This document shows, piece after piece, positions 39,607-49,512 of a stretch of 64,000 nucleotides of DNA. Every line of letters starts with the position of its first letter. The stretch's first letter is position 1. Position numbers and translations under genes: made by a program. The DNA is from an uncultured Rivularia sp. GTDB lineage: Bacteria > Cyanobacteriota > Cyanobacteriia > Cyanobacteriales > Nostocaceae. The notes under the pieces are model-generated. The model was not told where the DNA came from and did not search any database. It worked only from the letters and a program-made list of their open reading frames with translations. The stretch is taken from the NCBI GenBank assembly GCA_963665115.1, contig OY762007.1, positions 640,001-704,000 on the forward strand, in the 5' to 3' direction.

Positions 39607-40722
39607 ATGAAAAAAATCCTTATCCTCTCCGCAAACCCCAAAAACACAAGGAGCCTCCGCTTAGATCAAGAAATACGGGAAATCAAAAACACGCTGCAAC
39701 TATCTCCCCATCGAGACGAATTTGAAATCATCGCAGGATCTGCGGTACAAGTAGACGATTTAACCCGCTTTCTATCTCACCATCAACCTACAATGGTTCA
39801 CTTTTCCGGACATGGTACTGGTACTGATGGATTAATCTTGGAAGATAATTCTGCACAACAACAACTTGTCAGTACTCAAGCTTTAGCAAAATTATTTGAT
39901 TTATTTCAACAACAGGTTGAATGTGTTTTACTCAACGCTTGTTATAGCCAAGCACAAGCTACAGCAATTCACCAACACATTGATTGCGTTGTAGGGATGA
40001 ATGAAGCAATTGGAGATGAGGCTGCAATTCAATTTAGCATTGGCTTTTATACGGCTTTATTTGCTGGCAGAGATTATCAAAATAGTTTTCACATGGGTTG
40101 TGCTGCCATTGATTTACAGGGAATTCCTGAATATGCAACCCCAGAAATAAAAATTCGACGGCGAAGTTATCAAACCGAAGAGCCAATAAATTCTGTAAAA
40201 TCTGACGAGAATAATGATTTAAATAACGATAACAAAGACGGACAAAACCCTTCAATTACTGTCGGTGGTCGCGTTATTGATAGTGTAATGATAATGGGCG
40301 ATCGCAAAAGTGCAGATAACCGTTCGGTTGCTGTTGGTAATGATGTGATTGGTGGTGTAATTGTAACGGGAGATAGCAATAGTGCAAAGGTAAATTATCA
40401 AAAAACTACTAACTTACCCGCACCAGAAACCATCAATATCCAAGCAGAAATTAACGCTTTGCGTGAAATAATAACGAAACTAGAAACCTCAGATCGTCCT
40501 AAAATTGATAATGCTTTTGAAGATGCTCAAGAAGAGTTAAATAAACCACAGCCAGATAAAGATGAAGTGGGTGAAGCATTAAACCGAGCCTTGAAATATG
40601 CCAAGAAAGCTGAAGGGTTTGCTGGTGCGATAGAAAAACTCCAGCCTCATTTAAGTAAAATTACTGATTTGTTGGGTGATAATTGGCATAAATTATTAGG
40701 TTTTGTTGGTTTGACAGTTTGA
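39607..40722 (+). CDS. CHAT (caspase-like) protease with doubled beta/amyloid-like motif and C-terminal helical domain
   Basis: KILILSANP..LRLDQEIREI; catalytic HFSGHG and LNACYS; motif pair at about aa 213-262. Confidence 0.88.
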   Translation: MKKILILSANPKNTRSLRLDQEIREIKNTLQLSPHRDEFEIIAGSAVQVDDLTRFLSHHQPTMVHFSGHGTGTDGLILEDNSAQQQLVSTQALAKLFDLFQQQVECVLLNACYSQAQATAIHQHIDCVVGMNEAIGDEAAIQFSIGFYTALFAGRDYQNSFHMGCAAIDLQGIPEYATPEIKIRRRSYQTEEPINSVKSDENNDLNNDNKDGQNPSITVGGRVIDSVMIMGDRKSADNRSVAVGNDVIGGVIVTGDSNSAKVNYQKTTNLPAPETINIQAEINALREIITKLETSDRPKIDNAFEDAQEELNKPQPDKDEVGEALNRALKYAKKAEGFAGAIEKLQPHLSKITDLLGDNWHKLLGFVGLTV

Positions 40723-40777
40723 TATTTTTATTTTTTTGATGGAAAGTGCAGTTAGCAATCGTAAATTCACAATACTG

Positions 40778-40855
40778 ATGTTGGGTTACGACGCAATGTA
40801 AATTTATCGGTTGATGGTCATATATTTTTGTGCGTCTAACCCAACCTACTACTAC
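40778..40855. repeat. REP-like element, right of the STAND-CHAT module
   Basis: Same termini and orientation as 35325-35400. Confidence 0.8.
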
Positions 40856-40938
40856 TACCACTATTCCAAAATTTATTTCAAAAAACTTTTAAACTTTCCG
40901 GAATTGACATCTGACTATCGGTATCCTATCTTAGATGA

Positions 40939-41036
40939 GCTAGTTATTGCTTGTTAACTATATTTAACTGGGGAACTATGGCCCCTCTTCTTATATGAAA
41001 CCTTCAAAAACCCGGTCGTTATGACTGGGTTTTTGA
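40939..41036 (+). ncRNA. Candidate ~95-nt sRNA or leader RNA
   Basis: TTGACA(40904)-N17-TATCTT promoter; AAAAACCCGGTC/GACTGGGTTTTT terminator; no ORF. Confidence 0.45.
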
Positions 41037-41127
41037 TGTTTAAAGACTAGGTAATAAAAAATATTCAGCAATTCTAACTGGTTGTGATACCCTATCTGAA
41101 ATTAGCTACTATATTTAAGTATTCAAG

Positions 41128-42210
41128 ATGACAAAATTAAAGGTAGGTTTACTTTTTGGCGGTGTATCTGGAGAACATGAAGTTTCTATTGTTTCAGCAA
41201 AAGCAATTTCGGAAGCTCTAACTGCTGAACAAAACGCCAATAAGTACGAATTATTGCCTTTTTATATTAAAAAAGATGGTTCTTGGCAAAGTCCCGATGT
41301 TGCACGTCAGGTTTTATCATCGGGAGAAGCATTATCAAGTGAATCTAAACCCAATCTTTGGCAATTCCCAGCAGAAGCGGAAACAATTGATGTATGGTTT
41401 CCCATTCTTCACGGCCCAAATGGGGAAGATGGTACTATTCAAGGATTGCTGAGTTTGATGCAAGTTCCTTTTGTGGGTTCCGGGGTGCTGGGTTCATCTG
41501 CCGGTATGGATAAAATTGGCATGAAATCCATATTTGCTCAAGCCGGATTGCCGCAAGTTAAGTATATGGCTTTAACTAGAGAGCAAGTTTGGTCAAATCC
41601 TTGTGTCTTTCCAAAACTTTGCGATGACATCGAGCAAACTTTGGGTTATCCTTGTTTCGTTAAACCCGCTAACTTGGGTTCATCCGTCGGGATTGCCAAA
41701 GTGCGATCGCGCTCGGAATTAGAAGCCGCTTTGGATAGTGCAGCCAGTTATGACCGTAGAATTATTGTAGAAGCTGGAGTCACAGCGAGAGAAGTTGAAT
41801 GCGCTGTTTTGGGCAATGACAGCCCCAAAGCTTCGACCGTCGGTGAAATCACTTACGAAAGTGACTTCTATGACTACGAAACTAAATATACTAGTGGCAA
41901 AGCAGATTTACTGATTCCCGCACCGTTACCAAATGGTGTAATTGAGCAAATTCAGGAGCAAGCAATACAGGCATTCACCGCTCTTGACTGCGCCGGTTTA
42001 GCACGAGTAGATTTCTTCTATGTTGAAGCTACAGGAGAAGTTTTAATTAATGAAATCAATACTTTGCCAGGTTTTACTGCAACAAGTATGTATCCGCAAC
42101 TTTGGGCAAGCAGTGGCGTTTCGTTCCCCAAGTTAGTCGATCGACTTGTTCAATTTGCAATAGAAATAAATTCAGTTCCAGAAAATAGCCAGGTAGCTTT
42201 AAGCACCTAA
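41128..42210 (+). CDS. ddl: D-alanine--D-alanine ligase
   Basis: [47 protein letters not shown]. Confidence 0.97.
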   Translation: MTKLKVGLLFGGVSGEHEVSIVSAKAISEALTAEQNANKYELLPFYIKKDGSWQSPDVARQVLSSGEALSSESKPNLWQFPAEAETIDVWFPILHGPNGEDGTIQGLLSLMQVPFVGSGVLGSSAGMDKIGMKSIFAQAGLPQVKYMALTREQVWSNPCVFPKLCDDIEQTLGYPCFVKPANLGSSVGIAKVRSRSELEAALDSAASYDRRIIVEAGVTAREVECAVLGNDSPKASTVGEITYESDFYDYETKYTSGKADLLIPAPLPNGVIEQIQEQAIQAFTALDCAGLARVDFFYVEATGEVLINEINTLPGFTATSMYPQLWASSGVSFPKLVDRLVQFAIEINSVPENSQVALST

Positions 42211-42349
42211 CTGTTGTTGAGAAAAAGCGGATTAAGTAGTCTAAACTTCTAAAAAAGACTACTTAAATTTAGATGACGAATACGGATACGTCAAACCTCT
42301 GAACTCCAGTACAATCTATATCTTGAGAAGTACAAATCTGAAAAAAGTC

Positions 42350-43033
42350 ATGCAAAACACTCAGAGTGTACAGCAGGAATCGTCTGAAGTCAAAGAGTCC
42401 GCACCCGTTTCAGACAATAGCGAACCGAAAAGCAAAATAAATAGGTTTAAAAATTTAACGATCTATTTATTTACGCATTACCCCTGGCTATTTTTGGCTG
42501 GTTTGTTATTAATGTTTTTGGGAGGGGGTGCCCTATCGATATACAGTTTGGGTTATGTAGATGAAAGTTTAAAGCGTAAAGAGTCGGAAACATTGCAAGC
42601 TGAGGTAATACCCCCGAAAGCACCCGATCAAACAGAAGAAAGCAATAAGAATCCGATACCTTTATGGATGGTAGCTGCTATAGCTCTCAGTTGTGCTAGT
42701 GGATGCTTAGTGATTTTAAAAGTTCTTAACCGTCCGAAGCAAAAACAAAAACTTAAGAGACAGGTTGTTAATCGTGATGAAATACGTTTAGCACAGCGAC
42801 GCTTTCAAGCAATGGAAGCACGTTTACCAAAAAGAAAGGCACCCGCTCGCCCACCCGGTGCGCGCAGAACTCCTATAATGGCTATGCCTCCACAAAAACC
42901 TCAGCCAAAACCTGTTGTAACAGTTTTACCACCAGAACACAATTTTCAGCCGAATCAAACAAATCAAGATTCCTTAGCTGATGTGATGGATATTCGCAAG
43001 CAGACATCTCTGTCTTCAATGTTACGTAAGTAG
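42350..43033 (+). CDS. Hypothetical two-TM membrane protein
   Basis: Two hydrophobic segments, Pro-rich tail ending LADVMDIRK; likely start MQNT. Confidence 0.7.
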   Translation: MQNTQSVQQESSEVKESAPVSDNSEPKSKINRFKNLTIYLFTHYPWLFLAGLLLMFLGGGALSIYSLGYVDESLKRKESETLQAEVIPPKAPDQTEESNKNPIPLWMVAAIALSCASGCLVILKVLNRPKQKQKLKRQVVNRDEIRLAQRRFQAMEARLPKRKAPARPPGARRTPIMAMPPQKPQPKPVVTVLPPEHNFQPNQTNQDSLADVMDIRKQTSLSSMLRK

Positions 43034-43883
43034 AAGTTAACGGTTCTTCCAGTACTGGTTATATTAGTTAGATTTTCTAAAAAAGCGAACGAGAAAGGAG
43101 AATAGGCAAAATTTTTAAATAATCAAGCACTTAATTAGCTAAATTTAACTCATTGTTTAAAAGCTAATAATTAAGAGTAAAAATTAAAAAACTAGAATTA
43201 TCCACGCTTTCGAGGACTTACTATCGAAATGCGTGTTTTTTGTATGAAATGGGGAATAACTAATATTCCTCTAACCCAAAATTGCCGGGTGAAGACAGGG
43301 AGGGGAAAAATTTTCTGATGGGTAGAGGTAGTACGAGCTTCTAACTCGCTGGTTGTCACGAGGGCGTTACCCGGCAAAATTAATATGGTGGAGTTCTCGA
43401 ATGCATCAAAAAATATAACTATCCAACCAGAGTTAAAGGTTTTTCAGCAGAAATCGGCTATAAATCAAGCAAATAACGGCTTTATTGCTTGCTTTTCAAA
43501 ACAAATTAAGAAACCTGCCAATATGGCAACCATCTCACAGTTTACTCAGTTATCTTTAATCAAGATAAACGACTTCAAGGGTGTTGTTATCAGGGTGTAT
43601 CACTTCAATAACAAACAGGTGATACACTTTTTACCACTAAATTGTCTTTTCTTTAAGGGATATATATCCTACCAAAAGAATAAGATAATTGTCAATCTCA
43701 AAAATTCAAAAAAATAAAGTTTCGTTTGTTGCATTAGGAATACCAACCGCGTACAAAGATTGCGTTGACCCAAACAGCCCCCAAAATCAGGGCAATGTTT
43801 GTACGTATTCCAGAACGCTTCAGCAACGAACGTAAGAATGGGAGTGAATGCTTATGATATGCATCCTCCCATTCTTATTTTAA

Positions 43884-43965
43884 TAGTAGGGAGTAGGGAG
43901 TAGGGAGTAGGGAGTAGAGAGTAGGGAGTAGGGAGTAGGGAGTAGGGAGTAGAGAGTAGGGAGTT
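43884..43965 (+). repeat. STRR heptamer tract (AGTAGGG)n
   Basis: About 11 tandem heptamers. Confidence 0.95.
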
Positions 43966-44016
43966 AGTTGAGTAAAATCTCCTTGTCTCCTTGTCTCCCG
44001 CTCTCCCCATCCCTGG

Positions 44017-44976
44017 CTATAAAAAATTAGTATTTCTTAAAAATTCAATTGTGGCTATTTCGATTGCATCTGCTGCACCGCTTGAAGCGTCATGATGGCA
44101 ATTAGCTAAAAGTTGAAATTGAGATAAGGCAAGTCTATCATGTAACTTTTTTCCATCTTCAAGCGGGAACCAGTTATCTTGTTCTCCCCACATAATTAAT
44201 GTCGGACATTCTATATTAATTAAATTGTCTTGAATTTTACTTAACCAATTAGGCTTATTGTTTTGACAATTTTCAATTTCTCGTGCAGCAATTTGTAATT
44301 CCTGAGCAACTTTAAGAAAAGTACCGGGAAACTCAATATATGGGTAGGTTATCCAGAATACGTTTTCTTGAGTCAACTTAGAAGGGTCGTATAATACGTT
44401 ACGCCTTTCTATTGCCATGATTTCTCGGATCAATGGTGCAAAAAGGTAGCTCAAACGTAACCTGTCAATTACTTCGATTAATTCTAAAGGTGTTTGAGCA
44501 AGGATTGACATACCCCAATGAGGAAGTTTTTTAGCGAATATTGGAACATTAACAACCATTAATCGAGAAACTAGTTCGGGATATTCTTCGGCAAAGGCAA
44601 GAGCAATTAAAGCTCCTAAAGATTCTGATAAAATAGCTACAGGTTGAATGTCCTTCGGACACGCTTCGCTAACGCATAATGCAGTAATAATTCGTTGCAA
44701 TTCAATTACTTGATGACCTGTAGTTTCTTCACGATGTAAAGGTTTTTCTGAGAATCCGAAACCTTTAGCATCAAAACATATAACTCGAAAATATTTAGAT
44801 AAAGGTTCGATAAGATAGCGCCAATTATAGCTCCAGCTACCAATACCATGCAGTAAAAATAACGGTTTACCAGTACCTTTTTCACCATAGGCAATTTGTA
44901 CGGGATAACCTTGACTATCAGTAATCGTTACTTGTTGTTGTCCTTGGGGAAAAGTATCTTGCCACCAGTCTTTCAT
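44017..44976 (-). CDS. Alpha/beta hydrolase with an in-frame 24-nt repeat insertion
   Basis: LLHGIGSW, DAKGFGFS, SESLG, WGEQD and CHH motifs; extra VSEACPKD segment. Confidence 0.88.
   Translation of the reverse strand: MKDWWQDTFPQGQQQVTITDSQGYPVQIAYGEKGTGKPLFLLHGIGSWSYNWRYLIEPLSKYFRVICFDAKGFGFSEKPLHREETTGHQVIELQRIITALCVSEACPKDIQPVAILSESLGALIALAFAEEYPELVSRLMVVNVPIFAKKLPHWGMSILAQTPLELIEVIDRLRLSYLFAPLIREIMAIERRNVLYDPSKLTQENVFWITYPYIEFPGTFLKVAQELQIAAREIENCQNNKPNWLSKIQDNLINIECPTLIMWGEQDNWFPLEDGKKLHDRLALSQFQLLANCHHDASSGAADAIEIATIEFLRNTNFL
44649..44672 (-). mobile_element. 24-nt small dispersed repeat inserted in-frame
   Basis: Minus strand TTAGCGAAGCGTGTCCGAAGGACA; 22/24 identical to 35098-35121. 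Confidence 0.85.
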
Positions 44977-45100
44977 ATCAGTTAACAGTTATCAATTATC
45001 AGTTATCAATGGGGGATTGGGGATTGGGCATTGGAAATCAGGTAATATTATTCGGTTAGAAGTTCCAACTTTTGAAGTATTAACTCTTAACTGTTCACTG

Positions 45101-45607
45101 TTAACTGCCTGTAATAATTCCCCAAATAAATCTTGTAACAACTACAGAAAATGCTACTAAACTAATAGCAAGTAATAACAATACAGCCAAAAGTACAAAT
45201 ACAAACCAAGTATCTGCTCTTTTCTTTTGGCTGGGGAATTTTAAATGTTCTTCTAATAACTTGATATTATGGTCGTTGGATTTCCAAGCAAAATCGAAGA
45301 AATCTCCTAAAATGGGTATTACACCAACTAAGGCATCAATAATAATATTTACTGTCATTCTGCCTAAAGTCGCTTTTGAAGCACCCAATCGTGCGGCTTC
45401 TAAAACAATATAGGCTGAAAGCATAACACCTATAAAATCACCACCTGCGGGTAGCAATCCTAAAATAGGATCTAAACCTACACCAATTCCGGTTCCGGGA
45501 ATAGTAATAGCTTTATCTAATATGCGACTTAAAGTTCGCAGACGCTTTAAAGTTGGTGCTTTGGTATCGGGATTGAGAGAATAGAATTGAGAGGGTGGCA
45601 AAGACAT
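45101..45607 (-). CDS. DUF4112 family membrane protein
   Basis: LDKAITIPGT.IGVGLDPILGLLP.GGD...GDFFDFAWKSN. Confidence 0.9.
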   Translation of the reverse strand: MSLPPSQFYSLNPDTKAPTLKRLRTLSRILDKAITIPGTGIGVGLDPILGLLPAGGDFIGVMLSAYIVLEAARLGASKATLGRMTVNIIIDALVGVIPILGDFFDFAWKSNDHNIKLLEEHLKFPSQKKRADTWFVFVLLAVLLLLAISLVAFSVVVTRFIWGIITGS

Positions 45608-45701
45608 GGGAGGAATGACTTTTATATAAGTAAATCGCAGCTTCTATTACTGTTATAGTTGAATATTGTGCCGTGTTGCAGTGAAGATGTAGTTTGAAAT
45701 A

Positions 45702-46604
45702 CTAATCAATTTCTTTAACTGAATTTGGATACATACTTTCACCCACGGTAACGTTTAATTGATTGCCTATTAGTATTACGGCAGCAGTCATGTAAAGCCA
45801 TAGCATAAGTACAATAACAGTACCAATAGTGCCATATGCTTTATTATAATTGCCAAAATTCGCTACATAAATTCGGAATAAATTTGAAACAAATGCCCAG
45901 CAAATAGCTGCAAATATTGCCCCCGGCATAATTGGTGTGCCTTTTTTCCAGCGACTGGGACCAAAACGGTAAATAAACCCGAAAGCAGAAGCTACAATTA
46001 TTAATGCTAAAGGAATACGCATCAAATCCCATAAGTAAGTCAGAAAATTTAAATATCCAGCAGATTTAATAACTACAAAGTTCAAAAGTTTTCCACTGAT
46101 AAAGACTAAAACACAAGCTATTAGTAAAAGGATGATAGTACCAATTGTTAATGCTAAAGATACTAATTTTGCTTTCCAGAATGGACGTATATTATCTGGA
46201 GATGTTTGTTGAATTTGATCTAAAGCCGTCATTGCGGTACTAATTGCACCGGAAGATGTCCATAGGGCAGCTACAAAACTTAGAGAAAACAAGCCGCCAT
46301 TTTTTGAGTTAGCAATTTCATTACTAGCAAATTCAGTAATTAAATTTAAAGCATCTTCAGGTGCAACTTTACTAAGTTGTTCTGCTAAATCCTTAAATAT
46401 ATCTTGTAAGCCTTCTTCTAATAAACCGATTGCCGTCAAAATAGCAAGTATCGCCGGGAATAAAGATAATATTGCATTATAAGCAATTTCCGAAGATAAA
46501 CCTAAAAGTCTGCGTTTACCTACATTGACAACGATTTGTTTAATAGTTTTGAAATTAAGATGACGTAAGAATTTCCAAAATCGAGGTTTTATCATGTCAA
46601 TCAT
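45702..46604 (-). CDS. YihY/virulence factor BrkB family membrane protein
   Basis: SSEIAYNAILSLFP; YRFGP; YNKAYGTIGTVIVLMLWLY. Confidence 0.92.
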   Translation of the reverse strand: MIDMIKPRFWKFLRHLNFKTIKQIVVNVGKRRLLGLSSEIAYNAILSLFPAILAILTAIGLLEEGLQDIFKDLAEQLSKVAPEDALNLITEFASNEIANSKNGGLFSLSFVAALWTSSGAISTAMTALDQIQQTSPDNIRPFWKAKLVSLALTIGTIILLLIACVLVFISGKLLNFVVIKSAGYLNFLTYLWDLMRIPLALIIVASAFGFIYRFGPSRWKKGTPIMPGAIFAAICWAFVSNLFRIYVANFGNYNKAYGTIGTVIVLMLWLYMTAAVILIGNQLNVTVGESMYPNSVKEID

Positions 46605-46771
46605 CAGTTATCGATTATCAATTCATAATTATCACCTGTTGAGTGCAGTTTAGAAAGGGAAAGGGGGGATAGGGATGGGGGGAAATTTTGAGAGTAGTGA
46701 GTAAAGGATAATAAGTAAAAAATTTAATTTACCAGCTACTTACAAATATTAACCTTTAACTTATAACTCTC

Positions 46772-47027
46772 AACTCTCTACTTATTCTTAACTCTCTACT
46801 TACTACTCACTACTCTCTACTTATTCTTAACTCTCTACTTACTACTCACTACTCGCTACTTATTTTTGACTCTCTACTTACTACTCACTACTCGCTACTT
46901 ATTTTTGACTCTCTACTTACTACTCACTACTCGCTACTTATTCTTAACTCTCTACTTACTACTTACTACTCTCTACTTATTCTTAACTCTCTACTCACTA
47001 CTCGCTACTTATTCTTAACTCTCTACT
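46772..47027. repeat. 39-bp tandem repeat (~6.5 units) incorporating the stop region of the DUF389 gene
   Basis: TTATTCTTAACTCTCTACTTACTACTCACTACTC(T/G)CTAC at 46782, 46821, 46860, 46899, 46938, 46977 and 47009. Confidence 0.93.
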
Positions 47028-48770
47028 AATTTAAGAATGGCATTTGCTTGGGATTCTTCGCCAAGTTGTTCGATTATTCGTTTTCGATCAATTTTCCATT
47101 TCAATTCAAGATATTCTTTAATTATTTTTGCGCGGGTTTGACTGGTTTCTAATGATTCTTCTTGTTTTTGATTGGCAATTATTTTTAAGCTTAAAGCTGG
47201 TTGTTGCTGCAAAATGGAAGCAATATTATCTAAAAGTTGCAGGTTTTGGGGTGTAAGTACTGTTGATTTGTCTTGAAAGTCAATTTTTCCGGTATTTGCA
47301 GCAATTCTCTTCATGCTGACTTTTGTTAATGGATAATTCAGCCTCTGTCTAATTTCGTTTGCCAGTAAAACTTGAGCGTCTTTATCAATTTCTCGTTCGC
47401 TTAAATATACTATGCGGATAGCCATAGATTTATTTTGACTGGTAATTACCTCGTAATCGATCATTTTTGCAGGTGGTGGAAGCTTGAAATTAAGTAAAGC
47501 CGATCTTACTTCTTGTAATAAATTTGTTTGCAATTCTGCAATGGTAATTAGTGGCTCAGCAGGTTCTTCTTCAGGTATTGCGTTTAAAATTTCGCTTTGT
47601 GCTGTGGGAATTTCGATTAAATTTAAAGAGATTAATTCTGGAGGCTTGTTTAAACGTTTAGCTAACAGTTCGACAAAGTAATTTTGTTCTCCCGGCGTAT
47701 ATAATCTGCTAGTGAAAATATGAAGTTGAACCATCAACTTTTGATTGAGTTCGCGAGTTGATATTTGACTAATAAAAGAACGCGGCTCGCCGTTAAGTGA
47801 ATTGGCAAATTCTTCGAGCCAAATACTTCTCACTCCCGAATTTATATTATTTTCCTTTTGTTTAATAACTATTTCTTGTCGGAGTTGAATAAATGACTGG
47901 TAAAGTGGAATTAAAATAGTCAAAATAGTAATTACAATTAGAAAAAACCTACCGGGAAGGCTACCAATTCTTTTGAAGCGCTTTGATTCGGGGAATATTT
48001 CTAAAAGATTTTTTACCCACACAGTTTCTCGATGTTTTTTTCGCCATTCTCTTATTTTTTGTTTTGTTCTTACGCTATCAATATGTAAAGCAAGAAAAAC
48101 AGTCATTGCGGTAAAAGTAATTGCTACCAAATTGGTGAAAAACAACAATCCACCACCTTTCGCAACCCGCAATCCATTAACCATATTTACGCTGAGTGCA
48201 ATACCAAATCCATAGCCCACAACACATAAAGGTGGCATCAAAGCAACTGCGATCGCAACCCCAGGAATAGAAGTCGCAACCCCCTTCGGCTTCTTACAAA
48301 CTGCCACGGAAACCCACAGCGCCAGAAAATAGAGCTACTACCAAATCCAGAATATTCGGTTGAGTACGTGCCAAAATTTCCGGAGTCATTTCCTTGAAAG
48401 GTAGTACTGTAACTAGAAGCACCGCAAATAAGATAGCAACCAAACAAGAAAGCGCAAGTTTGATAATTGCCCGCAGAGCTAAAATTACATCACCAGCAGC
48501 CAAAGCCAAACCGTTACCCAAGATACTCCCCATCAAAGGAGAAATTAACATCGCTCCAATAATTACCGCAGGGCTATTAAGCACCAACCCCACAGTGGCG
48601 ATACCAGCAGCAAAAATCACCTCAATCCAATAGCTAACATCTCTAAGGCTTACAGAATCGCATATACCTAGATAAACCTCTTCCTTACGAGCAGCATCAA
48701 TGCCCAAATTATCCGAAAGCCAATCTCGAAGCCTACCAACCGTTTGATGTTCTTTATCTTGCTGATTCAT
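47015..48770 (-). CDS. DUF389 membrane protein with OmpA-like C-terminus, split by a +1 frameshift at 48310-48312 (584 aa restored)
   Basis: NSPAVIIGAMLISPLM and PGVAIAVALMPPLCV motifs. Removing one base gives GAVGSVAVCKK. Confidence 0.85.
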
Positions 48771-48962
48771 ATTTTATTTGGTAATTGGTAATTGGTAATT
48801 GGGCATCGGGCATTGGGCATGGGGCATCGGGCATTGGTAATTGATAACTGTTTTTTATCCTACGCACCAAAGTATCGTAAATATATAGTGGTGCGATACT
48901 AAGTTGCACCGTTGGTAATAAAATTTTTAAGAAGAATAAACAAAATACATAAGTAATTTTCT

Positions 48963-49421
48963 ATGAGTGAAGATTTAACTAAGCAATGGTTGACGGAAAT
49001 TCAATCTATGAAACAGCAGATAGCTCAACTGAAAGCCGAGCAGGTTGGTACTTGGGAAAGTGCAGAGAAATGGCGTAAGCTTTACAACACCGAAGCCGAA
49101 CAACGTCGTACCGATTCTCAACTTTTCCGGCAAACAGTTGCTTCTCTGAAAGCAGAAATTCAACAACTAAAAGGTATAGAAGATGGCACACTTCCCGATA
49201 GCGATACAGTCACAGCGATTCAGCAAGAAGTAGCCCAACTTTCTTCATTAGAAGAATTGAAAAGTAAATTAACTGCTTCTATGAAAGAACGCGATCGCCT
49301 TTTACAAGCTTTGAAAACCGAACAAGATAAACATTCGCAAACCCGCCAAAGTCTAACCACCGCATTAGGTGACGCTATCGATGGTTTTAAAAAGCAGAAA
49401 TCAGCGAGCAGTGAGGAGTAA
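48963..49421 (+). CDS. Conserved coiled-coil hypothetical protein
   Basis: WRKLYNTEAEQRR...H.QTRQSLTTALGDAID. Confidence 0.75.
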   Translation: MSEDLTKQWLTEIQSMKQQIAQLKAEQVGTWESAEKWRKLYNTEAEQRRTDSQLFRQTVASLKAEIQQLKGIEDGTLPDSDTVTAIQQEVAQLSSLEELKSKLTASMKERDRLLQALKTEQDKHSQTRQSLTTALGDAIDGFKKQKSASSEE

Positions 49422-49512
49422 TCAATTAACAATTAACAATTACCAATTAACAATTAACAATTACCAATTACCAATGCCCAATCCCCAATCCCCCATGCCC
49501 AATTACCAATTA

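Noticed and set aside
43385..43717. 110-aa ORF
   Set aside because: No recognisable motif, AT-rich intergenic composition and no clear RBS; cannot be supported.
46772..47027. Possible CRISPR array
   Set aside because: Units are contiguous tandem copies with no unique spacers, and there are no cas genes in the window.
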